A stretch of DNA of 47,213 bases, taken from NCBI GenBank assembly GCA_014384505.1, contig JACNFT010000055.1:1-47213 (forward strand), given 5' to 3'. The stretch comes from Cryomorphaceae bacterium. GTDB lineage: Bacteria > Bacteroidota > Bacteroidia > Flavobacteriales > BACL11. Every line of letters starts with the position of its first letter. Position 1 is the first letter of the stretch. The notes under the pieces are model-generated. The model saw only the letters and a program-made list of their open reading frames with translations, ran no database searches and had not been told where the DNA came from. The position numbers and the translations under genes are program-made. Positions 37,301 through 45,841 of the stretch are shown here, piece after piece.

Positions 37301-37334
37301 TTGCAGCATTAAATGCTGAAAATAATTTACTCAT
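34329..37334 (-). CDS. methylmalonyl-CoA mutase, single polypeptide: MutA-like N-domain + MutB catalytic barrel + B12-binding domain
   Basis: 1001 aa. Residues ~1-310 resemble the small-subunit barrel. After that, the sequence runs [39 protein letters not shown], then the C-terminal B12 motif [13 protein letters not shown] and GGVIP. Confidence 0.85.
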   Translation of the reverse strand: MSKLFSAFNAATKKEWIEKITTDLKGADYNEKLVSDAQGIEIFPIYHANDNTPVFNSSFPDNWESYQLINAKNPKEGNIRALEALQNDVSGLCFTNPNKLAILLKGIEIEHIRIDFKDYDAEFISQWKEYSKGKNVKGAFHGIEDTTLLSTIFAKGKTAKEEIDTAFIKGIDTIKNIQFHFEISSNYFLEIAKLKAFRILWEEKTGTTPFIFASSSLSNKEQEYAYNNILRSTTECMSAIFGGANAIMINSYNHSFEMPTEFSERIARNQQTILRQESYLDKVSDPTKGAYYIDYLVNELLKDYNLENTNKEGINNKLTWISPEQIEIKSQYTKQDVKEVEHLNFVAGLAPSLRGPYSTMYVMRPWTIRQYAGFSTAEASNEFYRKNLAAGQKGLSVAFDLATHRGYDSDHERVVGDVGMAGVAIDSVEDMKILFNQIPLDKMSVSMTMNGAVLPILAFYIVAAQEQGVSLEKLSGTIQNDILKEFMVRNTYIYPPQHSMRIISDIFEYTSNNMPKYNSISISGYHMQEAGATADIELAYTLADGLEYIKTGIASGMEIDTFAPRLSFFWGIGMNHFMEIAKMRAARMLWAKMVKEFNPKNPKSLALRTHCQTSGWSLTEQDPFNNITRTCIEAMAAVMGGTQSLHTNALDEAIALPTDFSAKIARDTQIYLQKETGICNTVDPWGGSYYVEKLTQEIAEKSWKHIQEIEELGGMTKAIETGIPKMRIEQAAARKQARIDSGKDIIVGVNTNRLTKEDKELEILEVDNTSVRKLQIERLNSIKASRDSEKVKASLNALILACKNNTGNVLELAVIAARERATLGEISDAMETVFGRYIAKNQTISGVYKMEIQNNETFKKALALSDEFAIKKGRRPRIMIAKMGQDGHDRGAKVIATSFADLGFDVDVGPLFQTPKEAAKQAVENDVHILGISSLAAGHKTLVPQVIAALKEYGRDDILVIAGGVIPQQDYDYLYNAGVSGVFGPGTVIAESAIDIINKMM

Positions 37335-37644
37335 TTTCTTTTTCTCGTATTATGAATATATCTTCATTTTCTTTTTTCATTAAGAATTTTTCTCTAGCAA
37401 ATCTTTCTTGCTCAGCAGGGTCATTTTGTAGCTTATATAATTCAGTGCTATCTGATTTGATTTCGGAAATGTAGAATTCTTTTTGAATCTTTAAATCATC
37501 AACAGTATTCTTGATTTTACTTTGATTAATTAAATTATAATCATCTATAAAAACGACCCATAAAATGAATAATAAAAATAAAATAAGATATTTATTTCTT
37601 AAAGGTTTTGGAAGTTTTTTAATTATGTCCTGTATTCTATCCAT
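37327..37644 (-). CDS. septum formation initiator family protein (FtsB/DivIC-like)
   Basis: 105 aa. One TM, a coiled coil, and C-terminal [16 protein letters not shown] typical of the family. Confidence 0.75.
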   Translation of the reverse strand: MDRIQDIIKKLPKPLRNKYLILFLLFILWVVFIDDYNLINQSKIKNTVDDLKIQKEFYISEIKSDSTELYKLQNDPAEQERFAREKFLMKKENEDIFIIREKENE

Positions 37645-37698
37645 TAGGCAAATATAGAAAATTACTTACGATAAATATAAGCGAATAAAATTTCTTGT

Positions 37699-38403
37699 TT
37701 AAGAGAGTAAAAATATAGACGGTTGTTTGTGTATGTCTACTTTTGTTTGTTTCCATTCTTCAATAGTTTTGGTCTGAATAAATTCAGTTTTTGAAGTAAT
37801 ATTTGCGGCAATACATAATCTTGTTTTGTTATTGCATTGTGCTTTTAAAGTATCCAATAATTGATTATTTCTATAAGGGGTTTCCATAAAAATTTGAGTT
37901 TGTCCAGTCTTTTTTGCCAAACTTTCTAAGTTACGAATTGCTCTGTTACGCTCTACTTTATCAATTGGAAGGTAGCCTGTGAATGCAAAATTTTGGCCAC
38001 TCATCCCCGAGCTCATTAATGCAAGTAGGATAGAGGATGGGCCAACTAAAGGTACTACCTCAATCTGAAAATCATGGGCATATGCTACAATTTTTGAACC
38101 AGGATCAGCAATACAAGGCAAGCCTGCTTCTGAAAGTAATCCGACATTTTCTCCATTTAAAATATGAGGTAGGAAATCCTGTTCTAAGCTAAGTGTATCA
38201 TGTTTTCCGTAAGCATAGAAAGTCGTATTATCAATATCCTTTTCTCTATAAATTTTTTTGATATGTCTTCTGGCAGTTCTTATGTTTTCAACAATAAAAA
38301 TATTTATTTCTTTAATATGATTCGTGATGATAGAAGGTAAGACGGCTTCTTGTGAGTCGTCACTTAAAACTGTTGGGATTAGATATAATTTTCCTTTATT
38401 CAA
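37699..38403 (-). CDS. tetrapyrrole-methylase-fold SAM-dependent methyltransferase (RsmI-like)
   Basis: 234 aa. KLYLIPT..., SEAGLPCIADPG, GPSS..LALMSSG motifs. Confidence 0.75.
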   Translation of the reverse strand: MNKGKLYLIPTVLSDDSQEAVLPSIITNHIKEINIFIVENIRTARRHIKKIYREKDIDNTTFYAYGKHDTLSLEQDFLPHILNGENVGLLSEAGLPCIADPGSKIVAYAHDFQIEVVPLVGPSSILLALMSSGMSGQNFAFTGYLPIDKVERNRAIRNLESLAKKTGQTQIFMETPYRNNQLLDTLKAQCNNKTRLCIAANITSKTEFIQTKTIEEWKQTKVDIHKQPSIFLLS

Positions 38404-38845
38404 TGTTTTGTATTATTTTGTCACATGCTTTGTCAAGCATGTTGTATATATCTTGAAAGCCATTCTCTCCACCATAATATGGGTCAGGTACTGACTGATA
38501 AGCTTTTGGATTAATTTCATTCAAAATCATCCTTATTTTATTGCGTTCTGTTTCGGTAGAAGCTAAGCTAATAAGGTGAGTGTAATTATTAGTATCCATA
38601 GCATAGATAATGTCAAATTTATCAAAATCTGCTCTTGAAAATTGCCTAGCTCTTTGTTGATTTAAATCAATAGTGTATTTATTGGCAATTTCAATTGATC
38701 GAATATCAGGTTGTTTTCCAATATGATAAGCGGCTGTTCCAGCTGAATCTACTTCAAGGTTAAGGTGTTTTCCTTTAGACGAAAGTATTCCCTCTGCAAG
38801 AGGTGATCGGCAGATGTTTCCTAAACAAACCATTAGGATTTTCAT
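38396..38845 (-). CDS. low-molecular-weight protein-tyrosine phosphatase
   Basis: 149 aa. P-loop VCLGNICRSP (CX5R-S) and a downstream DPYY Asp loop. Confidence 0.9.
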   Translation of the reverse strand: MKILMVCLGNICRSPLAEGILSSKGKHLNLEVDSAGTAAYHIGKQPDIRSIEIANKYTIDLNQQRARQFSRADFDKFDIIYAMDTNNYTHLISLASTETERNKIRMILNEINPKAYQSVPDPYYGGENGFQDIYNMLDKACDKIIQNIE

Positions 38846-38848
38846 AGT

Positions 38849-40279
38849 TTAAGAAAGCGTTAACTTTTTCTCAATATCGGAAATATACCCTTTGAAGCGC
38901 TTGTCCGTATCGGCTAAGTTATTGACTGTTTTGCAAGCATGTAAGACAGTAGCGTGGTCTTTGTTTCCGCAATGTTTTCCAATCATAGCTAAAGAGTTTT
39001 TGGTCATTTGCTTGGAAAAATACATGGCCAATTGACGACATTGTACAATTTCTCTTTTCCTAGTTTTTGACTTCATAGTTTCAATAGGAATATCAAAATA
39101 ATCACATACAACTTTTTGAATATAATCAATAGAAACTTCTCTTACTGTATTTTTCACAAATTTATCTAGCATGTTTTTAGCTAGGTCAATTGTAATTTCT
39201 TTTCTGTTTAAAGAGGATTGGGCTAATAATGAAATTAATGCACCTTCCAATTCTCTAACATTTGTAGTGATAGAATAAGCAATATACTCTATTACTTCAT
39301 AAGGAATGTCAATACCATCTTTTTTGATTTTCTTTTTCAAGATAGCTAATCTTGTTTCTAGGTCAGGATACTGTAAATCAGCTGAAAGTCCCCATTTGAA
39401 ACGAGATAACAATCTTTGTTCCATCCCAATAATATCAACAGGAGCTTTGTCGGAAGTTAAGATAACTTGTTTTTTATTTTGGTGGAGGTGATTGAAAATA
39501 TGGAAGAAAACATCTTGTGTTTTTTCTTTTCCACAAAGAAATTGTACGTCATCAATAATTAATACATCAATAGATTGGTAGAAGTGAACAAAATCATTTC
39601 TTTTATTATCCTTAATTGCGTCAACAAATTGGGTTAAGAATTTGTCAGCAGAAACATATAATACAATTTTTTCAGGGTGATTATTTTTTACTTCAATACC
39701 AATAGCATTGGCTAAGTGAGTTTTGCCAAGCCCTCCTGATCCATAAATGAATAGTGGGTTGAAGGATGTTCCTCCAGGGTTTTGTGAAACAGCAAATCCT
39801 GCAGAACGGGCTAAACGATTACACTCACCTTCAACGTAAGAGTCAAAGGTGTATGACTCATTTAATTGAGGGTTGATGTTTATTTTTTGTAAACCAGGAA
39901 TTATAAAAGGATTTCTGATAGAAGAACTATTCATGCTAATAGGCATACTGATAGGATTGTTCTTTACATCAGCTTGTCCGCTACTTGGTACTTTAGAGAT
40001 ATATGGTTTCTTATTTGATGAATTTTCAAGTAAGATATTGTATTCTAATTTTGCATCTTTTCCTATCACTCTCATGATTGTTTTCTTCATAAGAGTTAGA
40101 TAATGTTTTTCTAACCATTCAAAACAAAACTGACTAGGCACCTGTATAGTAAGTGTTTTGTATTCAAGAGCAACTGCTTTAATAGGTTTGAACCAGGTCT
40201 TAAAGTTTTGAGCAGTTACATTGTCTCTGATTATTGTTAGGCAGTTATTCCAAACTTCTTGATGACTTTTTTCTTGCAT
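38849..40279 (-). CDS. dnaA: chromosomal replication initiator DnaA
   Basis: 476 aa. Domain I WNNCL...F.TWFKP, AAA+ Walker A GGLGKTHL, Walker B IIDDVQF. Domain IV KDHATVLHACK. Confidence 0.95.
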   Translation of the reverse strand: MQEKSHQEVWNNCLTIIRDNVTAQNFKTWFKPIKAVALEYKTLTIQVPSQFCFEWLEKHYLTLMKKTIMRVIGKDAKLEYNILLENSSNKKPYISKVPSSGQADVKNNPISMPISMNSSSIRNPFIIPGLQKININPQLNESYTFDSYVEGECNRLARSAGFAVSQNPGGTSFNPLFIYGSGGLGKTHLANAIGIEVKNNHPEKIVLYVSADKFLTQFVDAIKDNKRNDFVHFYQSIDVLIIDDVQFLCGKEKTQDVFFHIFNHLHQNKKQVILTSDKAPVDIIGMEQRLLSRFKWGLSADLQYPDLETRLAILKKKIKKDGIDIPYEVIEYIAYSITTNVRELEGALISLLAQSSLNRKEITIDLAKNMLDKFVKNTVREVSIDYIQKVVCDYFDIPIETMKSKTRKREIVQCRQLAMYFSKQMTKNSLAMIGKHCGNKDHATVLHACKTVNNLADTDKRFKGYISDIEKKLTLS

Positions 40280-40464
40280 TTTGTGGTCTTGATTTAGCTT
40301 TTAGTAATTCGTTTTAAGCTCTGTTCTATTCTTTTTGGTTTGAGCAAATATGAAGAACTTATCGTTAATAAAAAAGAAAATTTGCGCTTGACTTTACATT
40401 TTTTTTTACAGAGTTGAATTATCAGATAAGAGCTTTTGTTTAAAACTTTTTAAAAGTCATATTA

Positions 40465-41394
40465 TTATGCATTTTCAGAGCCATTTTCAATAAATATTGA
40501 TCTACCAAAAACTTTTTTTAAACCATCATTTTGACTAAAATGATAATCGATCTTGCCAATGTTAATTCCTGCCCATCCAACTTGGTTGATTAGCACTTCT
40601 TTTTCGTCTAAGTTAAGTTGCTTGACAGGCTTTTTTAAGAAGGTGTGTGTGTGTCCTCCTATAATTAAATCAATATCACGCGTTTGGCTTGCAAAAGTCA
40701 TGTCTGATATCTTTTCTTCCTTGTATTTGAAGCCTAAATGAGACAGGCAAATAACTAAATCGCACTTTTCTTTTTGCTTTAAAAGATTTGCGTAATGATT
40801 AGCTGTAGAAATAGGGTCTTGATATACAGTATTTTGATACAATTTTTTAGGGACTAGACCATCTAATTCTATACCAATTCCGAACACTCCTATTTTCAAA
40901 TCTCCTTTTCGGAATACTTTGTATGGTTTAAAAGTATTCTTTAATATGGTGTCTGAAAAATCATAGTTTGCAATTAAAAATGGAAAGTTAGCGTGAGGGA
41001 GTTGTTTTTTTAATCCTTCTAATCCATTATCAAAATCATGATTACCTAAGGTTACGGCATCATATTTCATTTCACTCATAAGTTTAAACTCTAGCTCTCC
41101 TCCATAAACATTGAAGTAAGGAGTTCCTTGAAAAATATCTCCAGCATCTAATAAGAGTACATGCTCTTCTTGTTTTCTTATTTGTTTGATTAGTGCAGCT
41201 CTTTGTGCCATTCCTCCTAAACCTTTATTTCTTCCACTTGTAAAGGGGTGAATATGGCTGTGCATATCATTCGTGTGTAAAATAGTAAGTTTTATGTCCT
41301 TATTATTTCCAAAGGAAAGTTGTGGAATAAACGAGAGTCCAATAGCTCCTAATCCGCTTTGTTTTATAAAGTGTCTTCTGTTACTCATTGTCAA
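40465..41394 (-). CDS. metallophosphoesterase half of a split 5'-nucleotidase (Tat signal)
   Basis: 309 aa. Twin-arginine signal SNRRHFIKQSGLGAIGL. Calcineurin-like motifs HTNDMHSH, DAGD, GNHDF, GGHTH. Confidence 0.85.
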   Translation of the reverse strand: MTMSNRRHFIKQSGLGAIGLSFIPQLSFGNNKDIKLTILHTNDMHSHIHPFTSGRNKGLGGMAQRAALIKQIRKQEEHVLLLDAGDIFQGTPYFNVYGGELEFKLMSEMKYDAVTLGNHDFDNGLEGLKKQLPHANFPFLIANYDFSDTILKNTFKPYKVFRKGDLKIGVFGIGIELDGLVPKKLYQNTVYQDPISTANHYANLLKQKEKCDLVICLSHLGFKYKEEKISDMTFASQTRDIDLIIGGHTHTFLKKPVKQLNLDEKEVLINQVGWAGINIGKIDYHFSQNDGLKKVFGRSIFIENGSENA

Positions 41395-42091
41395 TTATTT
41401 TTATCCTTCCGTCAAGTGTTGCAGTGATGGTATCAGTTTTGGTGCAATGATCAATAATTGCATCTCTCAATTTTAAACCTACTTTATATTGTTCTTTATT
41501 TTGAAAAAAACTCATTTTATCTCCTCCATTAGCTAAATAATCAGAAGTAATAACTTTTACTTTTTCATTATTTTCAAAATTTACTGGCCAGGAATTACTT
41601 AACACATTCCCTTCTTTATCCATAGTTATATTGATACCCGAAAAAGGCTCTCCACCTCTTTTGCAGATGTAATCTAAAAGTCCTAAATAATCTTCTTTAT
41701 TTAATTCTAGCACTACTAATTCATTGTCAAAAGGCATTAGCTCGTATAGTTTTCCTCTATTAATAGGGCCTTTATCTATTGTGGTTCTCAATCCTCCATT
41801 ATTCATTACACACATATGTGCATCAGCATAGTTTAGGCATAGGTCAGTTACAAAATTCCCTAATAACGACTCAGTGCCTTGTTTTGTTAAGCTAATTTTT
41901 GAAAAGGTAAGCACCTCATTCATTTCTGCTTCAATTCCTTTTTGATAGGGAGCAATAATAGCTAATGCACTGCTATCTGCATTTGCTTTTATTTCAATTG
42001 TTTCGCTATCAGACGATTGTAAATTGTAGGTTGCAGTGCACGAAAAAAGCAAAAGCACTGCTATATATATTGTATATTTTTTTAACTTCAT
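41381..42091 (-). CDS. 5'-nucleotidase C-terminal (substrate-binding) domain lipoprotein
   Basis: 236 aa. Lipobox LLFSC. GNFVTD, MNNGGLR, PFDNELV, SDYLANGGD motifs of 5_nucleotid_C. Overlaps the downstream metallophosphatase gene by 14 nt. Confidence 0.8.
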   Translation of the reverse strand: MKLKKYTIYIAVLLLFSCTATYNLQSSDSETIEIKANADSSALAIIAPYQKGIEAEMNEVLTFSKISLTKQGTESLLGNFVTDLCLNYADAHMCVMNNGGLRTTIDKGPINRGKLYELMPFDNELVVLELNKEDYLGLLDYICKRGGEPFSGINITMDKEGNVLSNSWPVNFENNEKVKVITSDYLANGGDKMSFFQNKEQYKVGLKLRDAIIDHCTKTDTITATLDGRIKIIDNE

Positions 42092-42138
42092 AAGGCTACA
42101 ATATTAAGAAATAAAAATATTGTACGTATTATTGCAGC

Positions 42139-42546
42139 ATGTATTCTTTTGAAACAAAAATTAGAGTAAGGTATGGCGAAACGGATCAAATGAGTTTTGT
42201 GTACTATGGAGTCTATGCTCAGTATTATGAAGTAGGAAGGGTGGAGCTTTTGCGTTCCTTAGGGCTTTCATATAAAGAAATTGAGGCAATGGGCTTTGCA
42301 CTTCCTGTTGTAAATATGAATATTAAGTATAAGAAACCTGCTTTTTATGATGATGAGCTAACTATAAGAACAACTATTAAAGAATTGCCGTCAGCAAAAA
42401 TTACTTTTCATTACGAAACTTTAAATGAAAAAGGTGAACTGTTGAATGTTGGTGAAGTGATTTTGGTTTTTATAAATAAAAAAACGGGTAAACCTTGTTT
42501 TGCTCCTGAGGTAATTATGAATAAATTAAAAGAAAAAATATTATGA
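42139..42546 (+). CDS. acyl-CoA thioesterase, YbgC/4HBT hot-dog family
   Basis: 135 aa. RVRYGETDQMSFVYYGVYAQYYEVGR signature with catalytic Asp. Confidence 0.85.
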   Translation: MYSFETKIRVRYGETDQMSFVYYGVYAQYYEVGRVELLRSLGLSYKEIEAMGFALPVVNMNIKYKKPAFYDDELTIRTTIKELPSAKITFHYETLNEKGELLNVGEVILVFINKKTGKPCFAPEVIMNKLKEKIL

Positions 42547-43205
42547 AAAAGTATTGGGCAGAATTATTAGGAACTTACATTTTGGTATTTGTAGGTACTG
42601 GCGCGATTATTATTAATGAAATTACTGGAGGTACAGTAAGTCATCTGGGAGTTGGCATTTCATTTGGATTAGTGGTAATGGCTATGATATATGCAATTGG
42701 TGATATATCGGGAGCACACATTAATCCTGCAGTAACGATTGCTTTTGCAGTAGCAAAACGCTTCCCAAAAAATCAGATTTTACCTTATATTTCTTTTCAG
42801 TTGTTAGGGGCAATTTTGGCATCAGCAAGTTTATATTTTATTTTTCCAGAGGCAAGTACTATGGGTGAAACCTTACCTTTAAAAGGGAATTGGGAGCAAT
42901 CCTTTATATTGGAGTTTATTTTGACTTTTATTTTAATGTTTGTGATTCTGAATGTTTCAACTGGGTCAAAGGAAAAGGGAATTACGGCTGCCTTAGCTGT
43001 TGGTGGAGTTGTTGCTTTTGAGGCTACTTTTGCAGGACCTATTTGTGGGGCCTCTATGAATCCGGCTAGATCTATAGCTCCAGCAATTTTTTCAGGAGAT
43101 TTAACCCATTTATGGCTGTATGTTGTAGCAACAATCCTTGGGGCTATTTTGGCAGTTTATTCATGCAAACTAGTACAAGCTGAAGAGTGTTGCGATAACT
43201 GCTAG
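42543..43205 (+). CDS. MIP/aquaporin family channel (AqpN/NIP-like)
   Basis: 220 aa, six TM. Two NPA boxes (HINPAVT, MNPARS). Unusual C-terminal EECCDNC. Confidence 0.85.
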   Translation: MKKYWAELLGTYILVFVGTGAIIINEITGGTVSHLGVGISFGLVVMAMIYAIGDISGAHINPAVTIAFAVAKRFPKNQILPYISFQLLGAILASASLYFIFPEASTMGETLPLKGNWEQSFILEFILTFILMFVILNVSTGSKEKGITAALAVGGVVAFEATFAGPICGASMNPARSIAPAIFSGDLTHLWLYVVATILGAILAVYSCKLVQAEECCDNC

Positions 43206-44065
43206 CAGATTCTTTTAAGTACTAAGTCTATCATTTTTTCTACTGTTTTTTTGTAATCCTTACTGTACTCTTTTGTTAGTCGGTTAGCTATTATAGCGCA
43301 TATTGTTAACGTATTATGACCCAGTGATTGTCCTAAATAATATAGAGCAGAAGTTTCCATTTCAAAATTTGTAATTCTATTCTCCTTATACTTAAAACTC
43401 TCCATCTTTTCATGTAAGTTTGTAATAGAGGGGTTTAATCTTAAGGTTCTTCCTTGAGGACCATAAAACCCAGGAGCAGTTGCTGTTATTCCTTTTTTTA
43501 CATCTGGAAAAAGTGAAAGCAGATTGTCTGATGCTTTTACAATATAAGGGTTTGATAAATTTTCTGGCCAGTTAGCATGTTGCTTGTATTTGCAACTCAT
43601 CTCCTGTTCAATTATTTCTTCTGATTCATAGAAATGAGCAATGTTATCGAGCCCTAATCCAAAAGATGAAACTAGAAAAGAGTCAACTTCTATATCTTTT
43701 TGTAAGGCTCCTGAGGTTCCTAAACGAATAAGGTTAAGGGTTTTCTTTTTCTTATTTATGGTTCGGGTTTTGAAATCAATATTTACTAAAGCATCAAGTT
43801 CATTAACAACAATATCAATATTGTCAGGACCAATTCCGGTTGCTATTACACTAATTCTTTTTCCATTTAATATTCCTGTGTGGGTAACAAATTCTCTGTT
43901 CTGTATTTTATGTTCAATACTATCAAATTTATTTGAAATTATGCTTACCCTGTCAGGATCTCCTACTAGTATTATGTCGTTAGCAATTTCATCTTTAGAT
44001 AAATTGAGGTGGTAAATTTTATTTTCTGGAGTAAGTATTAATTCAGTCTCTGCTATTATATGCAT
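43202..44065 (-). CDS. nucleoside phosphorylase (PNP/UDP family 1)
   Basis: 287 aa. GDPDR, GTSGAL and FEMETSALY motifs. Confidence 0.8.
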   Translation of the reverse strand: MHIIAETELILTPENKIYHLNLSKDEIANDIILVGDPDRVSIISNKFDSIEHKIQNREFVTHTGILNGKRISVIATGIGPDNIDIVVNELDALVNIDFKTRTINKKKKTLNLIRLGTSGALQKDIEVDSFLVSSFGLGLDNIAHFYESEEIIEQEMSCKYKQHANWPENLSNPYIVKASDNLLSLFPDVKKGITATAPGFYGPQGRTLRLNPSITNLHEKMESFKYKENRITNFEMETSALYYLGQSLGHNTLTICAIIANRLTKEYSKDYKKTVEKMIDLVLKRIC

Positions 44066-44074
44066 ATAAATATG

Positions 44075-44082
44075 TAATTTTG
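44075..44082 (+). promoter_or_regulatory. -7 box TAATTTTG upstream of the universal stress protein gene
   Basis: TAnnTTTG match 22 nt upstream of the ATG at 44105. Confidence 0.45.
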
Positions 44083-44104
44083 TATCGTCAAAAATATAAA
44101 TAAT

Positions 44105-44986
44105 ATGTCAATATCAGCAAGTAAAATATTAGTTCCTATTGGTTTTTCAGCACAATCTATGATAGCTCTAGGTCAAGCCTTTAATTTAGCAAAAATTAAA
44201 AAATCTGAAGTAGTTTTACTCTCAGTAGTTGAAGAGCAAAGCATGATGCAGTCTTTATTTTTAGATGATAAAAGTCATGAATTACAGCTAAAGGTAAATC
44301 AGAAGCTACAAGAAATAGGCAAAGAATATGGTGATAAATATGGTGTTCATGTTGAAACTTTGGTAGCTAAAGGAAAAGTATATAACCAAATTAATGAAGT
44401 GGCTGAAATGATTTCTGCTGACTTAATTGTTATGGGAACTGATGGTTCAGATGGTTCAGCTAAAAAAATAATGGGTTCTAATGCTGAACGTGTAGTAAGA
44501 TTGGCACATTGTCCTGTTATTACAATTAAAGGAAAGTATCATCGTGAAGGTTGCGAGAATATTATTCTTCCACTTGACTTGGAAAAACAAACAAAGGAAA
44601 AGGTTACTTACGCTTTAGAGTACGCTAGGTATTGGGATTCAACTATTCGTTTAGTGTCTGTCGTATTGAGGGATAATCAAGAGGTAAGAGAAAAACTAAT
44701 TAAAAATATTAATCAAGTAAAAAAATTCATTACTGATGCTGGGGTAAAATGTTCTGCTGAGTTGGTTGAGGGAGAGAAGAAACAAACTTTAGGTGATTTT
44801 GTTTTTAAATATCAAAAACGTTTTGATGCTGATTTAATTATGATAATGACCAAGAAAGAGGAATTAACATTGTCTAATAATATAAGCGTTACCGCTAGAT
44901 ATATTATTAATAATTCTGAAATTCCTGTGATGAGTATTCGTCCTAAAGAACAAAAACATTTGACAGGACCAACTATTGGTTTCTAA
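44105..44986 (+). CDS. tandem-domain universal stress protein (UspA family)
   Basis: 293 aa. Two Usp modules (ILVPIGFS...DLIVMGT.G...GSNAERVVRLAHCPVITI, and a second with ...PVMSI). Confidence 0.8.
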   Translation: MSISASKILVPIGFSAQSMIALGQAFNLAKIKKSEVVLLSVVEEQSMMQSLFLDDKSHELQLKVNQKLQEIGKEYGDKYGVHVETLVAKGKVYNQINEVAEMISADLIVMGTDGSDGSAKKIMGSNAERVVRLAHCPVITIKGKYHREGCENIILPLDLEKQTKEKVTYALEYARYWDSTIRLVSVVLRDNQEVREKLIKNINQVKKFITDAGVKCSAELVEGEKKQTLGDFVFKYQKRFDADLIMIMTKKEELTLSNNISVTARYIINNSEIPVMSIRPKEQKHLTGPTIGF

Positions 44987-44989
44987 GAA

Positions 44990-45463
44990 ATGTCATTGCT
45001 AAATAACTTACAGCAATTGTGTATAGAAAAGGGAGTCAGTATTGCAGTTGCCGAAAGTTGTACTGCAGGATTAATTGCTTCAAAATTAACTAGCCTACCA
45101 GGTAGTTCTTCTTTTTTTAAAGGTGGTGTTGTCGCTTATCAGAATGAAATTAAAACAAAAATTCTAGGGGTTAGACAATCCATTATTGATGAAAAAACTG
45201 AGGTAAGTGTTGAAGTTGTTAATCAGATGGCTAAAAGTGTTTTGGAAAAATTTGACGCAAACTTTGCTATAGCGACAACTGGCTATGCAGGTCCTGCTGG
45301 TGGTACAAATAAAAATCCAATTGGAACTGTTTTTATTGCTATTGCAAGTGTAGTAGGGGTAGTGGTTAGTCGCTTTGTTTTTTTAGGAGATAGGCAATCT
45401 GTTGTTAATCAAGCATCTGAAAGTGCCTTAAGCTTACTTTATACTGAGATAAAAAAACAGTAA
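44990..45463 (+). CDS. CinA C-terminal domain protein / nicotinamide-nucleotide amidohydrolase (PncC-like)
   Basis: 157 aa. VAESCTAGL, GGVVAYQNE..K, TTGYAGP motifs. Confidence 0.85.
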   Translation: MSLLNNLQQLCIEKGVSIAVAESCTAGLIASKLTSLPGSSSFFKGGVVAYQNEIKTKILGVRQSIIDEKTEVSVEVVNQMAKSVLEKFDANFAIATTGYAGPAGGTNKNPIGTVFIAIASVVGVVVSRFVFLGDRQSVVNQASESALSLLYTEIKKQ

Positions 45464-45491
45464 TAAATTTCAATTTATTTAGATTAGATTG

Positions 45492-45499
45492 TATATTTG
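45492..45499 (+). promoter_or_regulatory. -7 box TATATTTG upstream of rpmB
   Basis: TAnnTTTG match 20 nt upstream of the ATG at 45520. Confidence 0.45.
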
Positions 45500-45519
45500 C
45501 AGCCCTAAATTAAGAAGAT

Positions 45520-45759
45520 ATGTCAAGAATTTGTCAAATAACAGGAAAGAAAGTAATGGTAGGGAACAACGTTTCTCACGCTAAGAATAGATCAAAAAGA
45601 AAATTCTATCCGAATTTACAAACTAAAAAGTTTTTTATTCCTGAAACTGGTGAAACAGTTATTCTAAAAGTTTCAGTAAATGCATTAAGAACAATTGATA
45701 AAAAAGGTATTGCTGCTGTTTTAGCTGAGGCTAAAGCAAACGGTAATGTGCTTGTTTAA
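45520..45759 (+). CDS. rpmB: 50S ribosomal protein L28
   Basis: 79 aa. MSRICQITGKK...GNNVSHA.N+.KR.F.PNLQ signature. Confidence 0.9.
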   Translation: MSRICQITGKKVMVGNNVSHAKNRSKRKFYPNLQTKKFFIPETGETVILKVSVNALRTIDKKGIAAVLAEAKANGNVLV

Positions 45760-45786
45760 TCAATAAAATATATTAAATAATAAAAA

Positions 45787-45818
45787 AGTTGCTATCTTTG
45801 ATGGCAACTTTTTTTTAT
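45787..45818 (+). terminator. Rho-independent terminator after rpmB
   Basis: agttgctat-ctttg-atggcaact hairpin (one G-T wobble) followed by T8. Confidence 0.75.
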
Positions 45819-45841
45819 TTAATAACTAAATTATATTCAAA

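Noticed and set aside
40280-40464. oriC with DnaA boxes upstream of dnaA
   Set aside because: Only weak 5-6/9 matches to TTATCCACA/TGTGGATAA were seen by eye, with no cluster and no clear AT-rich 13-mer-type repeats. This cannot be called from the window alone.
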